Positions 20,732 through 29,724 of a stretch of DNA of 44,533 nucleotides are shown here, one piece after another (the stretch's first letter is position 1; each line of letters begins with the position of its first letter). This DNA is from Chloroflexota bacterium. Lineage in GTDB: Bacteria > Chloroflexota > Dehalococcoidia > JACPPT01. The stretch covers positions 1 through 44,533 of the forward strand of contig JACPPT010000014.1 in the NCBI GenBank assembly GCA_016190815.1, read 5' to 3'. The position numbers and the translations under genes are program-made. The notes beneath the pieces were generated by a model that was not told the origin of the DNA, did not search any database, and worked only from the letters and a program-made list of their open reading frames with translations.

Positions 20732-21802
20732 TTATCTTATTTTACCTGCATCCATCTGGCTTTTCAATTGATCTATTGCTGAAACCGGCGAGGGATCGAC
20801 TCCATTGAGAATTGCCAGGTAGTAGCTGACGTAGTCCCCCAAGTATATCAAACTCATCATCTGGCTCAAGGGACTTTGGCCTTTCCCCACAAGAATCTCT
20901 CCCCCAACCTTGGCATTGGACATGATCTTCTTCGTCAGGTCATATCTAAAGAGGGTGCGGGTGTGAAGGAGCGGCGAGCTAAGAAAAACTGCGTACACCC
21001 TGGTTGCAATGTCCGGTGGGAATTCACAGCCGACTATCGAGTTATGGTCGAGCTCTGGGAAAAGCTCGAAGAACGCCCATGCTTTACTGTTTTCGTTGAG
21101 CTGGGTTTTCCAGCGCCGAGCTACGGCAGAGAGGAAGCCGGCACCATATACAGTGATAAATCGACCGGAAAGACTCCGGGCAAGCCTCTTGGCCTGGTTT
21201 CGTCTTTTGTCGCAGCCCTCCCCCAGGCTTTGCGATAGTTCATCCAGGACTCTCACCGTTTCCTTCACGTCCCTTGACTTATCTGAGATAAGACCCAGTC
21301 CCTGCGCGATCCAGAGCATGGGCAAAAAGATGTGGCCCAGGGCGGAACGAGGTTCGCCTGCATACTCAATGGGGAAGACGGGTATGCCGTGCTCCCGGGC
21401 CAGGGAGCCAAGCTTTCCACCACCGGTGATGACGACCTTCTTTGCCTTAGTATTCACGGTATGCTGGAATGAGGCAAGGGTCTCTTCGGTCTGACCCGAG
21501 TAGCTCGACGCGATGACCAGGGTTTTGTCATCCACGAAGGGGGGCGCGGTGTAATCTCGCTGTGTCCATACTAAGGGGCCACTCTCCAATGTGACCAGGT
21601 CCCCAAGCAGGTCGCCTCCGATAGCTGAGCCTCCCATTCCAAGAACCACTACCCTCTCTACCCGTCTGTAGTCTTCGGGCAGTCTGAAGTTTTTCGCCCT
21701 TTCCCATGCCTCAGCGCACTGGCGGGGCAACCCCCCGATGCGGAGTCTCATCCTGGATGGGTCAAGCCTTTCATAAACTGACGGGTCGTCGAGGTTTAAC
21801 AT
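20732..21802 (-). CDS. bifunctional phosphoglucose/phosphomannose isomerase (SIS-domain PGI/PMI family)
   Basis: 356 aa with SIS motif VVLGMGGSAIGGDL. Length and N-terminal pattern match the archaeal/bacterial PGI/PMI family. Confidence 0.85.
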   Translation of the reverse strand: MLNLDDPSVYERLDPSRMRLRIGGLPRQCAEAWERAKNFRLPEDYRRVERVVVLGMGGSAIGGDLLGDLVTLESGPLVWTQRDYTAPPFVDDKTLVIASSYSGQTEETLASFQHTVNTKAKKVVITGGGKLGSLAREHGIPVFPIEYAGEPRSALGHIFLPMLWIAQGLGLISDKSRDVKETVRVLDELSQSLGEGCDKRRNQAKRLARSLSGRFITVYGAGFLSAVARRWKTQLNENSKAWAFFELFPELDHNSIVGCEFPPDIATRVYAVFLSSPLLHTRTLFRYDLTKKIMSNAKVGGEILVGKGQSPLSQMMSLIYLGDYVSYYLAILNGVDPSPVSAIDQLKSQMDAGKIR

Positions 21803-21805
21803 ATC

Positions 21806-23239
21806 CTATACCCCAGCCAGCCTCTTGCCCAGGTAGAGGAGCCTCTCTACCCTCTCTGGGCTATCGCTTTCAGCGTAGATGCGAAGAAGAGGCTCTGTTC
21901 CTGAGAAACGTATAAGGAGCCATGTGCCGTCCTTGAGAGTGTACCGAAAACCGTCGATGGTATCCACTCTGGATACGGGTGTTTCATCAAGAGCAGGAGG
22001 CCTCTCCTTGGAAAGCCTGGCTATTATCTCTCGTCTTTGAGTTTCGTGAAACCTGACATCAACCCTGCTGTAAAAATGCGGCCCGACCTTTTCGTATAGA
22101 TACCGCACAAGCTCCGAGGGAGTCTTTTTCAGCTTGACCATGAGGTCCAGGAAATAAAGCCCTGCTAGAAGGCCGTCTCTTTCCGGTATGTGCCCTCTGA
22201 AGCCAAAGCCTCCGCTTTCCTCTCCGCCTATTAAGGCATTTTCTCGGAGCATGAGCGGTCCAACGTATTTGAATCCCACGCCAGTCTCAAAGACGGGGAC
22301 GTTATAGAGTTCACCAAGCTTGTAGAGCATCTGCGTTGTTGTGATGGTCTTGACAATAGCGCCTCGCTCGTTTCTGACATCCAGGAGATAAAGGGCGAGG
22401 AGGGCGAAGGTTTGGAGAGGAGTAACGAAAGAGCCGTTTTCGTCCACGATGCCGATTCTGTCGGCATCGCCATCTGTCGCCAGGCCAATATCGGCCCTGG
22501 TCTGTTTGACAAGAGCAGAAAGCTGGGTGAGATTCTGAGCTATGGGCTCTGGCTGTTTCATCCCTGGAAAGAGGGGATTGCGCTCACCGTGAATCTCCTC
22601 TAGTTGAGTGGCTTCACCGGAGAGGAGCTTCACAAAGTAGCCGGCTCCTGCACCATACATGGAGTCCACAGCAACCTTCAGGCCAGCTTTTCTTATGCTT
22701 GGCAGGTCGAGCAGTCCCACTACGTGATCGAGGTACGGGGGCACTGGGTCCACGTATTCGATAACGCCCTGCTTCAAACCCTGCTCTATTGGAATGGAGA
22801 TGGTCTTTCCTCTGGTGAGGGTTTTGCTTATCCGGGATTCCAGGGCCTCTATTTCTTCTGTAGATGCACTTCCTGCATACTCGGACTTGTATTTGAACCC
22901 GTTCCAGATGGCTGGGTTGTGGCTTGCGGTGATTATGACTGCGCCAGCCGTTTTCCTCTCTACTATGCTGTAGCTTACTACAGGGGTTGGAGCCGGGCCA
23001 TCGCAAAGGTAGGTTTTTATGCCGTTCCCCGCTGTTACCTCGGCTACCGTCTGGGCGAAGTTCTCGGAGGCGAATCGAGTGTCGTATCCAACAACTAACC
23101 CACGCTGCTCTGCTCCACTTTCCAACAGGTAATCGGACAAGCCTTGTGCGCATGCCTTGACATTCTCGAAGGTAAAGTCCTGAGCTATTATGCCTCGCCA
23201 GCCGTCGGTGCCAAATCTTATGGGCATTTCACCTGTCAC
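21806..23239 (-). CDS. phosphomannomutase/phosphoglucomutase
   Basis: 477 aa with phosphoserine loop TASHNPAIWNGFK and Mg site DGDADR. Confidence 0.92.
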   Translation of the reverse strand: MTGEMPIRFGTDGWRGIIAQDFTFENVKACAQGLSDYLLESGAEQRGLVVGYDTRFASENFAQTVAEVTAGNGIKTYLCDGPAPTPVVSYSIVERKTAGAVIITASHNPAIWNGFKYKSEYAGSASTEEIEALESRISKTLTRGKTISIPIEQGLKQGVIEYVDPVPPYLDHVVGLLDLPSIRKAGLKVAVDSMYGAGAGYFVKLLSGEATQLEEIHGERNPLFPGMKQPEPIAQNLTQLSALVKQTRADIGLATDGDADRIGIVDENGSFVTPLQTFALLALYLLDVRNERGAIVKTITTTQMLYKLGELYNVPVFETGVGFKYVGPLMLRENALIGGEESGGFGFRGHIPERDGLLAGLYFLDLMVKLKKTPSELVRYLYEKVGPHFYSRVDVRFHETQRREIIARLSKERPPALDETPVSRVDTIDGFRYTLKDGTWLLIRFSGTEPLLRIYAESDSPERVERLLYLGKRLAGV

Positions 23240-24352
23240 CTAAAAGGATATGGAGTCGGGCTTCAGAGTCTTTCCGGGCCAGAGTATAAAGTCATTCTTG
23301 AGCTTGTTGCCGCTGCCCACAGACGCGTTATCGCCTATAACAGGCCCTTCAATAATCCACGCTGAGTCCCCTATGGAGGCATTCTCCCCGACAACACATT
23401 TTCGAATATTGACGCCTTTCCCTATTCTGACCCCCCTCCATAAGACGGCCTCCTCCACAGAAGAGCTCTCACCCATGATGCAGCCAGGCCCCAGGACAGC
23501 GGGGCCTTTTATGCGGCTTCTAGGGCCCAAAACGCATCCCTCTCCCAGCAGTACTGGTCCACTCACTTCTGCCGTGGAGTGAATTTGACAACCCTCGCCC
23601 AGCCATACTGTCTTATGGGTTGGCTCTCCCAATATCTTAGCTATAGCTTTGCTGAGCAGCAAGTCCTTATGCACCTGAAGGTATTTCTGGGGCGTCCCTA
23701 TGTCTATCCAGTAGCCCCTTGAAGGGTATGCATAGAGCGGGGTGCCCAGCTTGAGTAAGGCGGGGAAAAGCCCGTATTCGAACATGAAATAGGTCCTGGG
23801 GGGTATGTGCTGCAATAGCTCCGGCTCCAGTAAATAGCATCCGGCGTTCACCATATTGGTGGTTACGGCCTCCCAACTGGGTTTCTCCACAAAACGGTGC
23901 ACTTCTCCTTGACTGTTGGTCTCCACTACTCCATATACGGTCGGGTTCTCGACCGGCGTCACGGCTATTGTGGCCCTGGCCTTCCTTTGTTTATGGAAGG
24001 CAAGCATAGCCGAGAGGTCCAGGTCGGTGAAAGTGTCACCATTCAGGACAAAAAAGGTATCGTTCAGATGCTCCTCCAGATTCTTAACTGCGCCGGCCGT
24101 CCCCAGGGGGGACTCCTCCATGGCATAGGTTATACTAATCCCGAAACCTCTGCCATCGCCGAAGTGCTTCTGGATTTTATCGGGCATGTAGCAGAGTGCC
24201 AAAAACAACTCCCGAACTCCATGTCCCCTGAGGTATTCGACCACATGTTCCAGGAAGGGCCTGTTCAGTATGGGCACCATAGGCTTTGGGATATTGCAGG
24301 TGAGAGGGCGCAGGCGAGTGCCCTCGCCCCCCACAAGGATGACTGCCTTCAA
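23240..24352 (-). CDS. NDP-sugar pyrophosphorylase, mannose-1-phosphate guanylyltransferase-like (N-terminal NTP-transferase plus C-terminal left-handed beta-helix)
   Basis: 370 aa, MKAVILVGGEGTRLRPLT..., with hexapeptide repeats in the C-terminal third. Flanked by PMM and PMI genes. Confidence 0.88.
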   Translation of the reverse strand: MKAVILVGGEGTRLRPLTCNIPKPMVPILNRPFLEHVVEYLRGHGVRELFLALCYMPDKIQKHFGDGRGFGISITYAMEESPLGTAGAVKNLEEHLNDTFFVLNGDTFTDLDLSAMLAFHKQRKARATIAVTPVENPTVYGVVETNSQGEVHRFVEKPSWEAVTTNMVNAGCYLLEPELLQHIPPRTYFMFEYGLFPALLKLGTPLYAYPSRGYWIDIGTPQKYLQVHKDLLLSKAIAKILGEPTHKTVWLGEGCQIHSTAEVSGPVLLGEGCVLGPRSRIKGPAVLGPGCIMGESSSVEEAVLWRGVRIGKGVNIRKCVVGENASIGDSAWIIEGPVIGDNASVGSGNKLKNDFILWPGKTLKPDSISF

Positions 24353-24378
24353 ATCGCACCCCCAGAAAGTCAGGATGC

Positions 24379-25629
24379 CTAAGACGCAGCCTCTCTTCCT
24401 CCGATGACCTTCAGGCCGGCCTCAGCTCTGAGAGCGGCTACCTTGTCGGTCTTCTCCCAGGGGAGGCTCAGGTCTTCCCGTCCAAAGTGGCCGTAGCATG
24501 CTGTTGGTTTGTATATTGGCCTCCGGAGTTGCAGGTGTTCTATTATAGCGGCTGGGCGGAGGTCAAAGTGCTTTTTTGCGAGTTCCAATATGACCTCGTC
24601 GTCAACTTTGGCGGTGCCAAAGGTTTCGATGGAGAGGGATACCGGGTGAGCGACTCCGATGGCATAAGATACCTGGATCTCCAGTCTTTCTGCGAGGCCT
24701 GCCGCCACCAGGTTCTTGGCTATGTACCTGGCTGCGTAGGCACCAGAACGGTCTACCTTCGTGGGGTCTTTGCCGGAGAAGCAACCGCCCCCGTGTCTTG
24801 CCATGCCTCCATAGGTATCCACCAGGATTTTTCGGCCTGTGAGCCCCGTGTCTGCAACAGGCCCTCCGACGACAAAACGCCCGGTGGGATTGATGTAGTA
24901 TTTTGTTCTTTTGTCCCGCAAGGCCTTTGGGACAACAGGAAGAATTATGTTCTCCATCAGATCGTTCTTAATGACCTCGTGGCTTATGCCTGGGTCGTGC
25001 TGGGCGCTGACAACCACAGTGTCCACACGCTGGGGAATGCCCCGGCAGTATTCGATGGTGACCTGCGACTTCCCGTCGGGGCGCAGATAGGGTAGGGTCC
25101 CCTCCTTCCTCACCTCGGCCATGCGCCGGCAGAGTTTGTGAGCCAGGGATATGGGAAGAGGCATCAGTTCGGGTGTTTCGTTGCATGCAAAGCCCACCAT
25201 CATGCCCTGGTCGCCAGCCCCGATCTTGTCGAAGTTGGCGTTGTTGTTGTAGGTCATCCCTTTTTCTTTTGCCTCTATAGAGTGGTCTACGCCTATGGCT
25301 ATGTCCTTGGACTGCTCCTTTAAGGAGACGGCAACCCCGCAGCTTTCGAAGTCAAACCCGTATTCGGATCGGGTGTAGCCGGCGTCGCGAATTGTGTCTC
25401 GAATAATCTTGGGTATGTCCACGTAGCAGTCGCAGGTTATCTCGCCCATTACCACAATTAGGCCCGTTGTTGTGCATGTTTCGCACGCCACCCTGGCCGC
25501 GGCATCCCTGCCTATTATGGCGTCGAGGACAGCATCGGAAATCTGGTCGCACAGCTTGTCAGGGTGTCCCTCGGTGACTGACTCCGATGTGAATAGATAG
25601 GACGGCGATGTCATAAAAGTGTGGCCCAT
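24379..25629 (-). CDS. metK: S-adenosylmethionine synthetase
   Basis: 416 aa with [17 protein letters not shown] and the [16 protein letters not shown] motif. Confidence 0.97.
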   Translation of the reverse strand: MGHTFMTSPSYLFTSESVTEGHPDKLCDQISDAVLDAIIGRDAAARVACETCTTTGLIVVMGEITCDCYVDIPKIIRDTIRDAGYTRSEYGFDFESCGVAVSLKEQSKDIAIGVDHSIEAKEKGMTYNNNANFDKIGAGDQGMMVGFACNETPELMPLPISLAHKLCRRMAEVRKEGTLPYLRPDGKSQVTIEYCRGIPQRVDTVVVSAQHDPGISHEVIKNDLMENIILPVVPKALRDKRTKYYINPTGRFVVGGPVADTGLTGRKILVDTYGGMARHGGGCFSGKDPTKVDRSGAYAARYIAKNLVAAGLAERLEIQVSYAIGVAHPVSLSIETFGTAKVDDEVILELAKKHFDLRPAAIIEHLQLRRPIYKPTACYGHFGREDLSLPWEKTDKVAALRAEAGLKVIGGREAAS

Positions 25630-25729
25630 TGTTCCCCCTTTCCTCCTTATTCAAAAATTATTAAGGGCATTTCCCCTTCGGAAGATAAATTCGTCTCTAA
25701 TAAGTGCTTCTACTTCAGGGAAGGGGTGC

Positions 25730-26998
25730 TCATGTCCCGCTTTCCCAGCTTGATAGATATCGTTTCTGCTCCTCTGTGTGGGTGTCTATGGCTACCCCCA
25801 TGGACTTCAGCTTTAGGTGCCCGACCTCTTCGTCGATCTCTCTGGGGACAGGATAGACGCCGCGCGAGAGAGGCTTGCCTCTTTTTGCCAGGTACTCCAC
25901 GCAGAGGGCCTGGTTGGCGAAGCTCATGTCCATGACACTGGCTGGATGGCCTTCGGCGGCTGCCAGGTTTATCAGCCTTCCCTCACCCAGGAGGTTAAGC
26001 CGTTTTCCCTTGGGAAGAGTATACTCTTCTACATACGGTCGCACCTGGCGCTTGTTTACTGCCATTTCCTCCAGGGCCTTGATGTTTATCTCGACATTGA
26101 AATGCCCGCTGTTGGCAAGGATGGCGCCATCCTTCATAAGTGTGAAATGCTCTTTATCGATGCCGTTAATGCCGCCTGTAACGGTTACAAAGATATCGCC
26201 TATTTGGGAGGCATCTCTCATTGGCATGACCCTGTACCCGTCCATAACCGCTTCCAACGCCCGGACGGGGTTCACCTCTGTAACTGTGACCTGGGCGCCC
26301 ATTCCCCGGGCTCTCATTGCCACCCCGCGCCCGCACCAGCCATATCCGCAGACAACCACGTTTTTGCCGGCCCAAAGAAAGTTGGTGGCCCTGGTTATCC
26401 CGTCTATGGTGCTCTGGCCTGTCCCATACCGATTATCGAAGAGGTGCTTGGTTTCCGCCTCGTTCACTGCTATTATGGAGTAGCGAAGCTTGTTTTCCCT
26501 TGCCATGCTCTTGAGCCTGATCACGCCTGTGGTTGTCTCCTCTGTTCCACCTAAGATGTTGCCGAGCAGCTCTGTTCGCTCCTTGTGGATGCATGCGACA
26601 AGATCAGCCCCGTCGTCCAGTGTTATGTGCGGTTTTATCTCCAGCGCTGACTTTATGTGGCTGTAGTAGGTGCTGTCATCCTCGCCTTTGATGGCGTAGG
26701 TAGGGATGCTGTATTCCGAAACCAGGGCAGCAGCAACATCGTCCTGGGTGCTGAGGGGGTTGCTGGCGCAAAAGGTCAGTTGTGCCCCGCCATCTTTGAG
26801 GACAAGGGCGAGATTGGCAGTCTCGGTGGTGATATGAAGGCAGCCAGCTATTCTAATGCCCTTCAGGGGTTTCTCCTGGGTAAATCTGTCTCTAATGAGG
26901 CGCAACACTGGCATCTCCCTGGCAGCCCACTCTATGCGCAGTACGCCCTCTGCCGCCAGCGAGGGGTCTTTTACGCCTCCTCTTATTCTTTCAGACAT
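25730..26998 (-). CDS. ahcY: adenosylhomocysteinase (SAH hydrolase)
   Basis: 422 aa, full-length by-eye similarity to AhcY ([17 protein letters not shown] fold GYGWCGRG). The start overlaps the upstream stop (ATGTCTGA). Confidence 0.96.
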   Translation of the reverse strand: MSERIRGGVKDPSLAAEGVLRIEWAAREMPVLRLIRDRFTQEKPLKGIRIAGCLHITTETANLALVLKDGGAQLTFCASNPLSTQDDVAAALVSEYSIPTYAIKGEDDSTYYSHIKSALEIKPHITLDDGADLVACIHKERTELLGNILGGTEETTTGVIRLKSMARENKLRYSIIAVNEAETKHLFDNRYGTGQSTIDGITRATNFLWAGKNVVVCGYGWCGRGVAMRARGMGAQVTVTEVNPVRALEAVMDGYRVMPMRDASQIGDIFVTVTGGINGIDKEHFTLMKDGAILANSGHFNVEINIKALEEMAVNKRQVRPYVEEYTLPKGKRLNLLGEGRLINLAAAEGHPASVMDMSFANQALCVEYLAKRGKPLSRGVYPVPREIDEEVGHLKLKSMGVAIDTHTEEQKRYLSSWESGT

Positions 26999-28586
26999 TC
27001 AACTTCCTTTTTTGGGTGATATCTTTTTTGCCGAGCTGCTCCAGGGCCCTCAGCAGAACCTCTTCCTTTGCGCCGGAGGTATCCAGAACGATGTGCGCAT
27101 CGTCGGGAACCTCTGTCAGGGGTTCGAATACTTTCTTCTGTTCTAGGTAGATTTCCCAGCGGCCGTCAGAGGGGGAGTATCCTTCTTCCAGCCTGCGCCC
27201 CAGGCGTTCCTTCACATAGTAATCGGTGGAGACGCACTCAATGATCTTCAAATCAGCGCCGGTCTCGTTTGCTAGCACTATCGTGGCCTTTCTGTCTTCC
27301 TGTCGCTGAAAGGATGCGTCCAAAATCACCGACTCCCCTTTTTCCAGAAGGCCCCTGGCTCTTCGAAACATTTCATTGTATGTATAGCGAGAGAACTCTT
27401 TTGAGTATATGCCCTCCTCAAAGCCCTCGGACCTGTGCTCCTGCGGGGTCCTTTGGGCCAGCTCCTTGCGCACGACGTCTGAGGAGATCAATTCAAGCCC
27501 CATTCTCCTTGCCAGTCCCTCTCCCAGGGTTGTCTTGCCCGTGCCGATAAGGCCCGCGGTTATGAAAAGGGTTTTCACTTCAGGGAAAGTATAAGAATAC
27601 GCCAGGTCAAAGTATTTTCTTGCCCTTTGCAGGGAGGCCTGTCTCTCGCCCTCAGGCAGGTGCGGGTCATCCAGGCTCAGGCTACCCACCTTCCCACGAA
27701 CATATGCTCGGTAGCACTTATAAAAGGGAAGGAGCTTGGGGAGGTCGAGGTCAGCACTTTTTTCTAGATAGACCTCGACAAGGTAGTTGGAGAGGTCTTT
27801 TCTCCCGTGAAACTCCAGATCCATGGCAAGGAAAGCCAGATCCGAGGCTACATCACAATACCTGAATCTCTCGTTGAACTCAATGCAGTCGAAAATATAG
27901 ATTCTGTTGGCAACACATATACTGGCGGTGTGCAGGTCTCCGTGGCAGTCCTTGATCTTTTTATCCCTTATGCGCTTGGCAAAGAGGGAGGCCTCTTCAT
28001 CCATGAAGTCCAGGGCGTATTTCCTGATGACCTCGTATTTTTCCTTCGGAATGGTTACACCTGTATACCTCTTCACCTGGTTGAAGTTCTCCTCGATGTT
28101 CAGGCCGACGGTCTTGGTCTGACCAAAGGTGGCTATTCTGTCGTTGGTCTCAGCCCTGCTGTGGAATTCGGCGATCTTCTCTGCGATTCTCCTCATCGTC
28201 TCAAAGGAGACCTCATCACGACTGAGAAGCCCATCCAGCATTTGCTCTTGGGGCAGCCTGCGCATCTTAACAGCGTATTCCACCACCTCGCCTCTGCCTT
28301 CGATGGAGAAAGCCCCTTTCTCCAGGGTTATTCTGGCAATCCCCAGGTACATATCTGGGCTGAGGCGCTGGTTCAAACGCACCTCTTCCTGACAATAGAA
28401 TCTGCGCTTCTCCAGAGTGCCAAAGTCTAGAAACCCAAAGTTCACCGGCTTCTTGACCTTGTAAACGTAGTCACCGGCAAGAAACACATAGGAAATATGC
28501 GTCTGGAGGAGGTCTACTTTATGTACCTCCTCTGGATACGCTTGTGGTTGAAGGAGCGCCTCAACTAGTGGGGGTAGCTTTGGCAT
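26991..28586 (-). CDS. two-domain protein of unknown substrate: N-terminal APH/choline-kinase-like phosphotransferase fused to a C-terminal P-loop (AAA_33/zeta-toxin-like) kinase
   Basis: 531 aa. Residues about 1-335 carry the catalytic-loop-like [10 protein letters not shown] (215-) and IFDCIEF. Residues about 340-531 carry Walker [10 protein letters not shown] (345-353) and Walker-B-like VILDASF. Confidence 0.8.
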   Translation of the reverse strand: MPKLPPLVEALLQPQAYPEEVHKVDLLQTHISYVFLAGDYVYKVKKPVNFGFLDFGTLEKRRFYCQEEVRLNQRLSPDMYLGIARITLEKGAFSIEGRGEVVEYAVKMRRLPQEQMLDGLLSRDEVSFETMRRIAEKIAEFHSRAETNDRIATFGQTKTVGLNIEENFNQVKRYTGVTIPKEKYEVIRKYALDFMDEEASLFAKRIRDKKIKDCHGDLHTASICVANRIYIFDCIEFNERFRYCDVASDLAFLAMDLEFHGRKDLSNYLVEVYLEKSADLDLPKLLPFYKCYRAYVRGKVGSLSLDDPHLPEGERQASLQRARKYFDLAYSYTFPEVKTLFITAGLIGTGKTTLGEGLARRMGLELISSDVVRKELAQRTPQEHRSEGFEEGIYSKEFSRYTYNEMFRRARGLLEKGESVILDASFQRQEDRKATIVLANETGADLKIIECVSTDYYVKERLGRRLEEGYSPSDGRWEIYLEQKKVFEPLTEVPDDAHIVLDTSGAKEEVLLRALEQLGKKDITQKRKLNV

Positions 28587-28782
28587 CGCTTGCCTTTGCT
28601 TTTGAAGTTCTGCTTGAAGAAGAGGGCCGCGGCTTTGCGACGCGGGTTTTCTGGACTACGCGGGTTTTCTGGACGACGCGGGTTTTCTGGGGTTGGACTT
28701 GGGCCTGGGCCTTTCTCCTAGCCTCCAGCTTTTGCCTCCTGTGCCTGTGTTTCAGTGAAGCCACTCTTTTTCTTTTGTTCAT
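28561..28782 (-). CDS. hypothetical highly basic 73-aa protein with a KTRVVQ x3 repeat
   Basis: The ATG lies 6 nt after GAGGT and 8 nt after the upstream stop, and the 3' end overlaps the next gene by 26 nt. Without it there would be a 200-nt gap in an otherwise gap-free operon. No recognisable family. An antisense ORF also exists. Confidence 0.5.
   Translation of the reverse strand: MNKRKRVASLKHRHRRQKLEARRKAQAQVQPQKTRVVQKTRVVQKTRVAKPRPSSSSRTSKAKASDAKATPTS
28638..28692. repeat. 3 x 18-bp direct tandem repeat
   Basis: CGCGGGTTTTCTGGAC(T/G)A at 28641, 28659 and 28677, with the third copy diverging at its end. The in-frame 6-codon period gives KTRVVQ on the minus strand. Confidence 0.9.
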
Positions 28783-28790
28783 CTATTACC

Positions 28791-29426
28791 TCACTCGTGA
28801 GCTGGGGTTTCACGTGAAAGCTCTAGCCACCTGTGGAGCTTTCCTTTGACCTCCTCAGAGTTTGCCCTTGTGAGGAGTACCACCTCTACATCCGGGCGGC
28901 CCTTTATAGCGTCGGCGAAAGGATGAGATGCCAGCATTATGGTTCCCATCACGTTTTTCCCGCTCTCCAAAGCATCAAGGAGGGCGGAGCGAAAAGCCAC
29001 AGATGCAAGCTCCATTTTACCCACCTCGTCAACAACGACGATGTCCTTTTCATCTGTTGCGCTCCTAATAGCAGCAACGCCAACTCTGTCCAGTGACTCC
29101 ACGTCCACTCCGTATTTTCCTACACGATGTGACGAGGGGAGGCCCACGTGGGCCAACGTCCCCTTATTGCCATCGAGGGACACTATTCTGAATCCCTCCC
29201 TTACCCCGTGGCTTCGCATCTCCTCGGTAAAGAAGCCATCGCAACGTTTTCCCAAGAACTTCACGGCCTCCATAATTAGGGTGGTCTTGCCAACTCCCGG
29301 GCCTCCTGTTGTGAAGAAGGCTCGTTTGGCTATTTCTCGATGGGATAGTCCCGGGATATCCACTCCTTCATGCCCTTTTCCATGTTGTGAAGCTTCGTTC
29401 GGCCCACCACGGCGGCTATTTCGCAA
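28791..29426 (-). CDS. THEP1/NTPCR-type nucleoside-triphosphatase (NTPase_1 family)
   Basis: Walker A TTGGPGVGKTT, Walker B IVVVDEVGKME, and a core length of about 180 aa. The longest ORF starts at 29426. An in-frame GTG at 29363 would shorten the overlap with the upstream rhodanese gene from 97 nt to 34 nt. Confidence 0.82.
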   Translation of the reverse strand: MRNSRRGGPNEASQHGKGHEGVDIPGLSHREIAKRAFFTTGGPGVGKTTLIMEAVKFLGKRCDGFFTEEMRSHGVREGFRIVSLDGNKGTLAHVGLPSSHRVGKYGVDVESLDRVGVAAIRSATDEKDIVVVDEVGKMELASVAFRSALLDALESGKNVMGTIMLASHPFADAIKGRPDVEVVLLTRANSEEVKGKLHRWLELSRETPAHE

Positions 29427-29707
29427 GCGAGGGCGCTTCTTACCCCCATTTCACACACGAAGATGAGGTCATCGGTTTCGCTCAGCTCCCCGACTCTGGT
29501 GAAGAGGTCGTCCACCGGGATGAGTGTGGAACCCTCTATATGGCCGGTCACATATTCATCGGGTCTGCGGACATCCACCACCTGGACTCCTCCCCGCTCA
29601 ATCATCTTCTTGGCAACATCAACCTCTATCCTCTTGAAAGGCTCACCTGGCTCCTGCCTTACGCCCTTTTCTTGAGTCATATCCTTTTCGAACCTCTTGG
29701 TCGTCAT
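29330..29707 (-). CDS. single-domain rhodanese-like sulfurtransferase
   Basis: 125 aa with VQVVDVRRPDEYVTGHIEGS and active-site loop CEMGVRS. Confidence 0.88.
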   Translation of the reverse strand: MTTKRFEKDMTQEKGVRQEPGEPFKRIEVDVAKKMIERGGVQVVDVRRPDEYVTGHIEGSTLIPVDDLFTRVGELSETDDLIFVCEMGVRSALACEIAAVVGRTKLHNMEKGMKEWISRDYPIEK

Positions 29708-29724
29708 CTTACACTTCCCCTTAT

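Noticed and set aside
22604-23153. 164-aa plus-strand and 179-aa minus-strand ORFs inside the PMM/PGM gene
   Set aside because: Both are alternative frames of a clearly identified phosphomutase gene (TASHNP, DGDADR).
25630-25729. 100-nt gap upstream of metK examined for a second SAM or SAH riboswitch or a terminator
   Set aside because: I could see no match to SAM-I, SAM-II or SAH cores. Only a weak 5-bp hairpin (AAGGG-gaaatg-CCCTT) with a distant T-run is present. Too little evidence to call.
25817-26554. 245-aa and 202-aa plus-strand ORFs
   Set aside because: They lie antisense to ahcY.
27807-28430. 207-aa plus-strand ORF
   Set aside because: It lies antisense to the APH-like/P-loop fusion gene.
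28544-28849. 101-aa plus-strand ORF with RVFWTT x3
   Set aside because: This is the antisense reading of the 18-bp repeat. It would be the only plus-strand gene in an 11-kb minus-strand operon and would overlap two minus-strand genes. I saw no SD for it. The minus-strand 73-aa ORF is preferred, though neither is proven.
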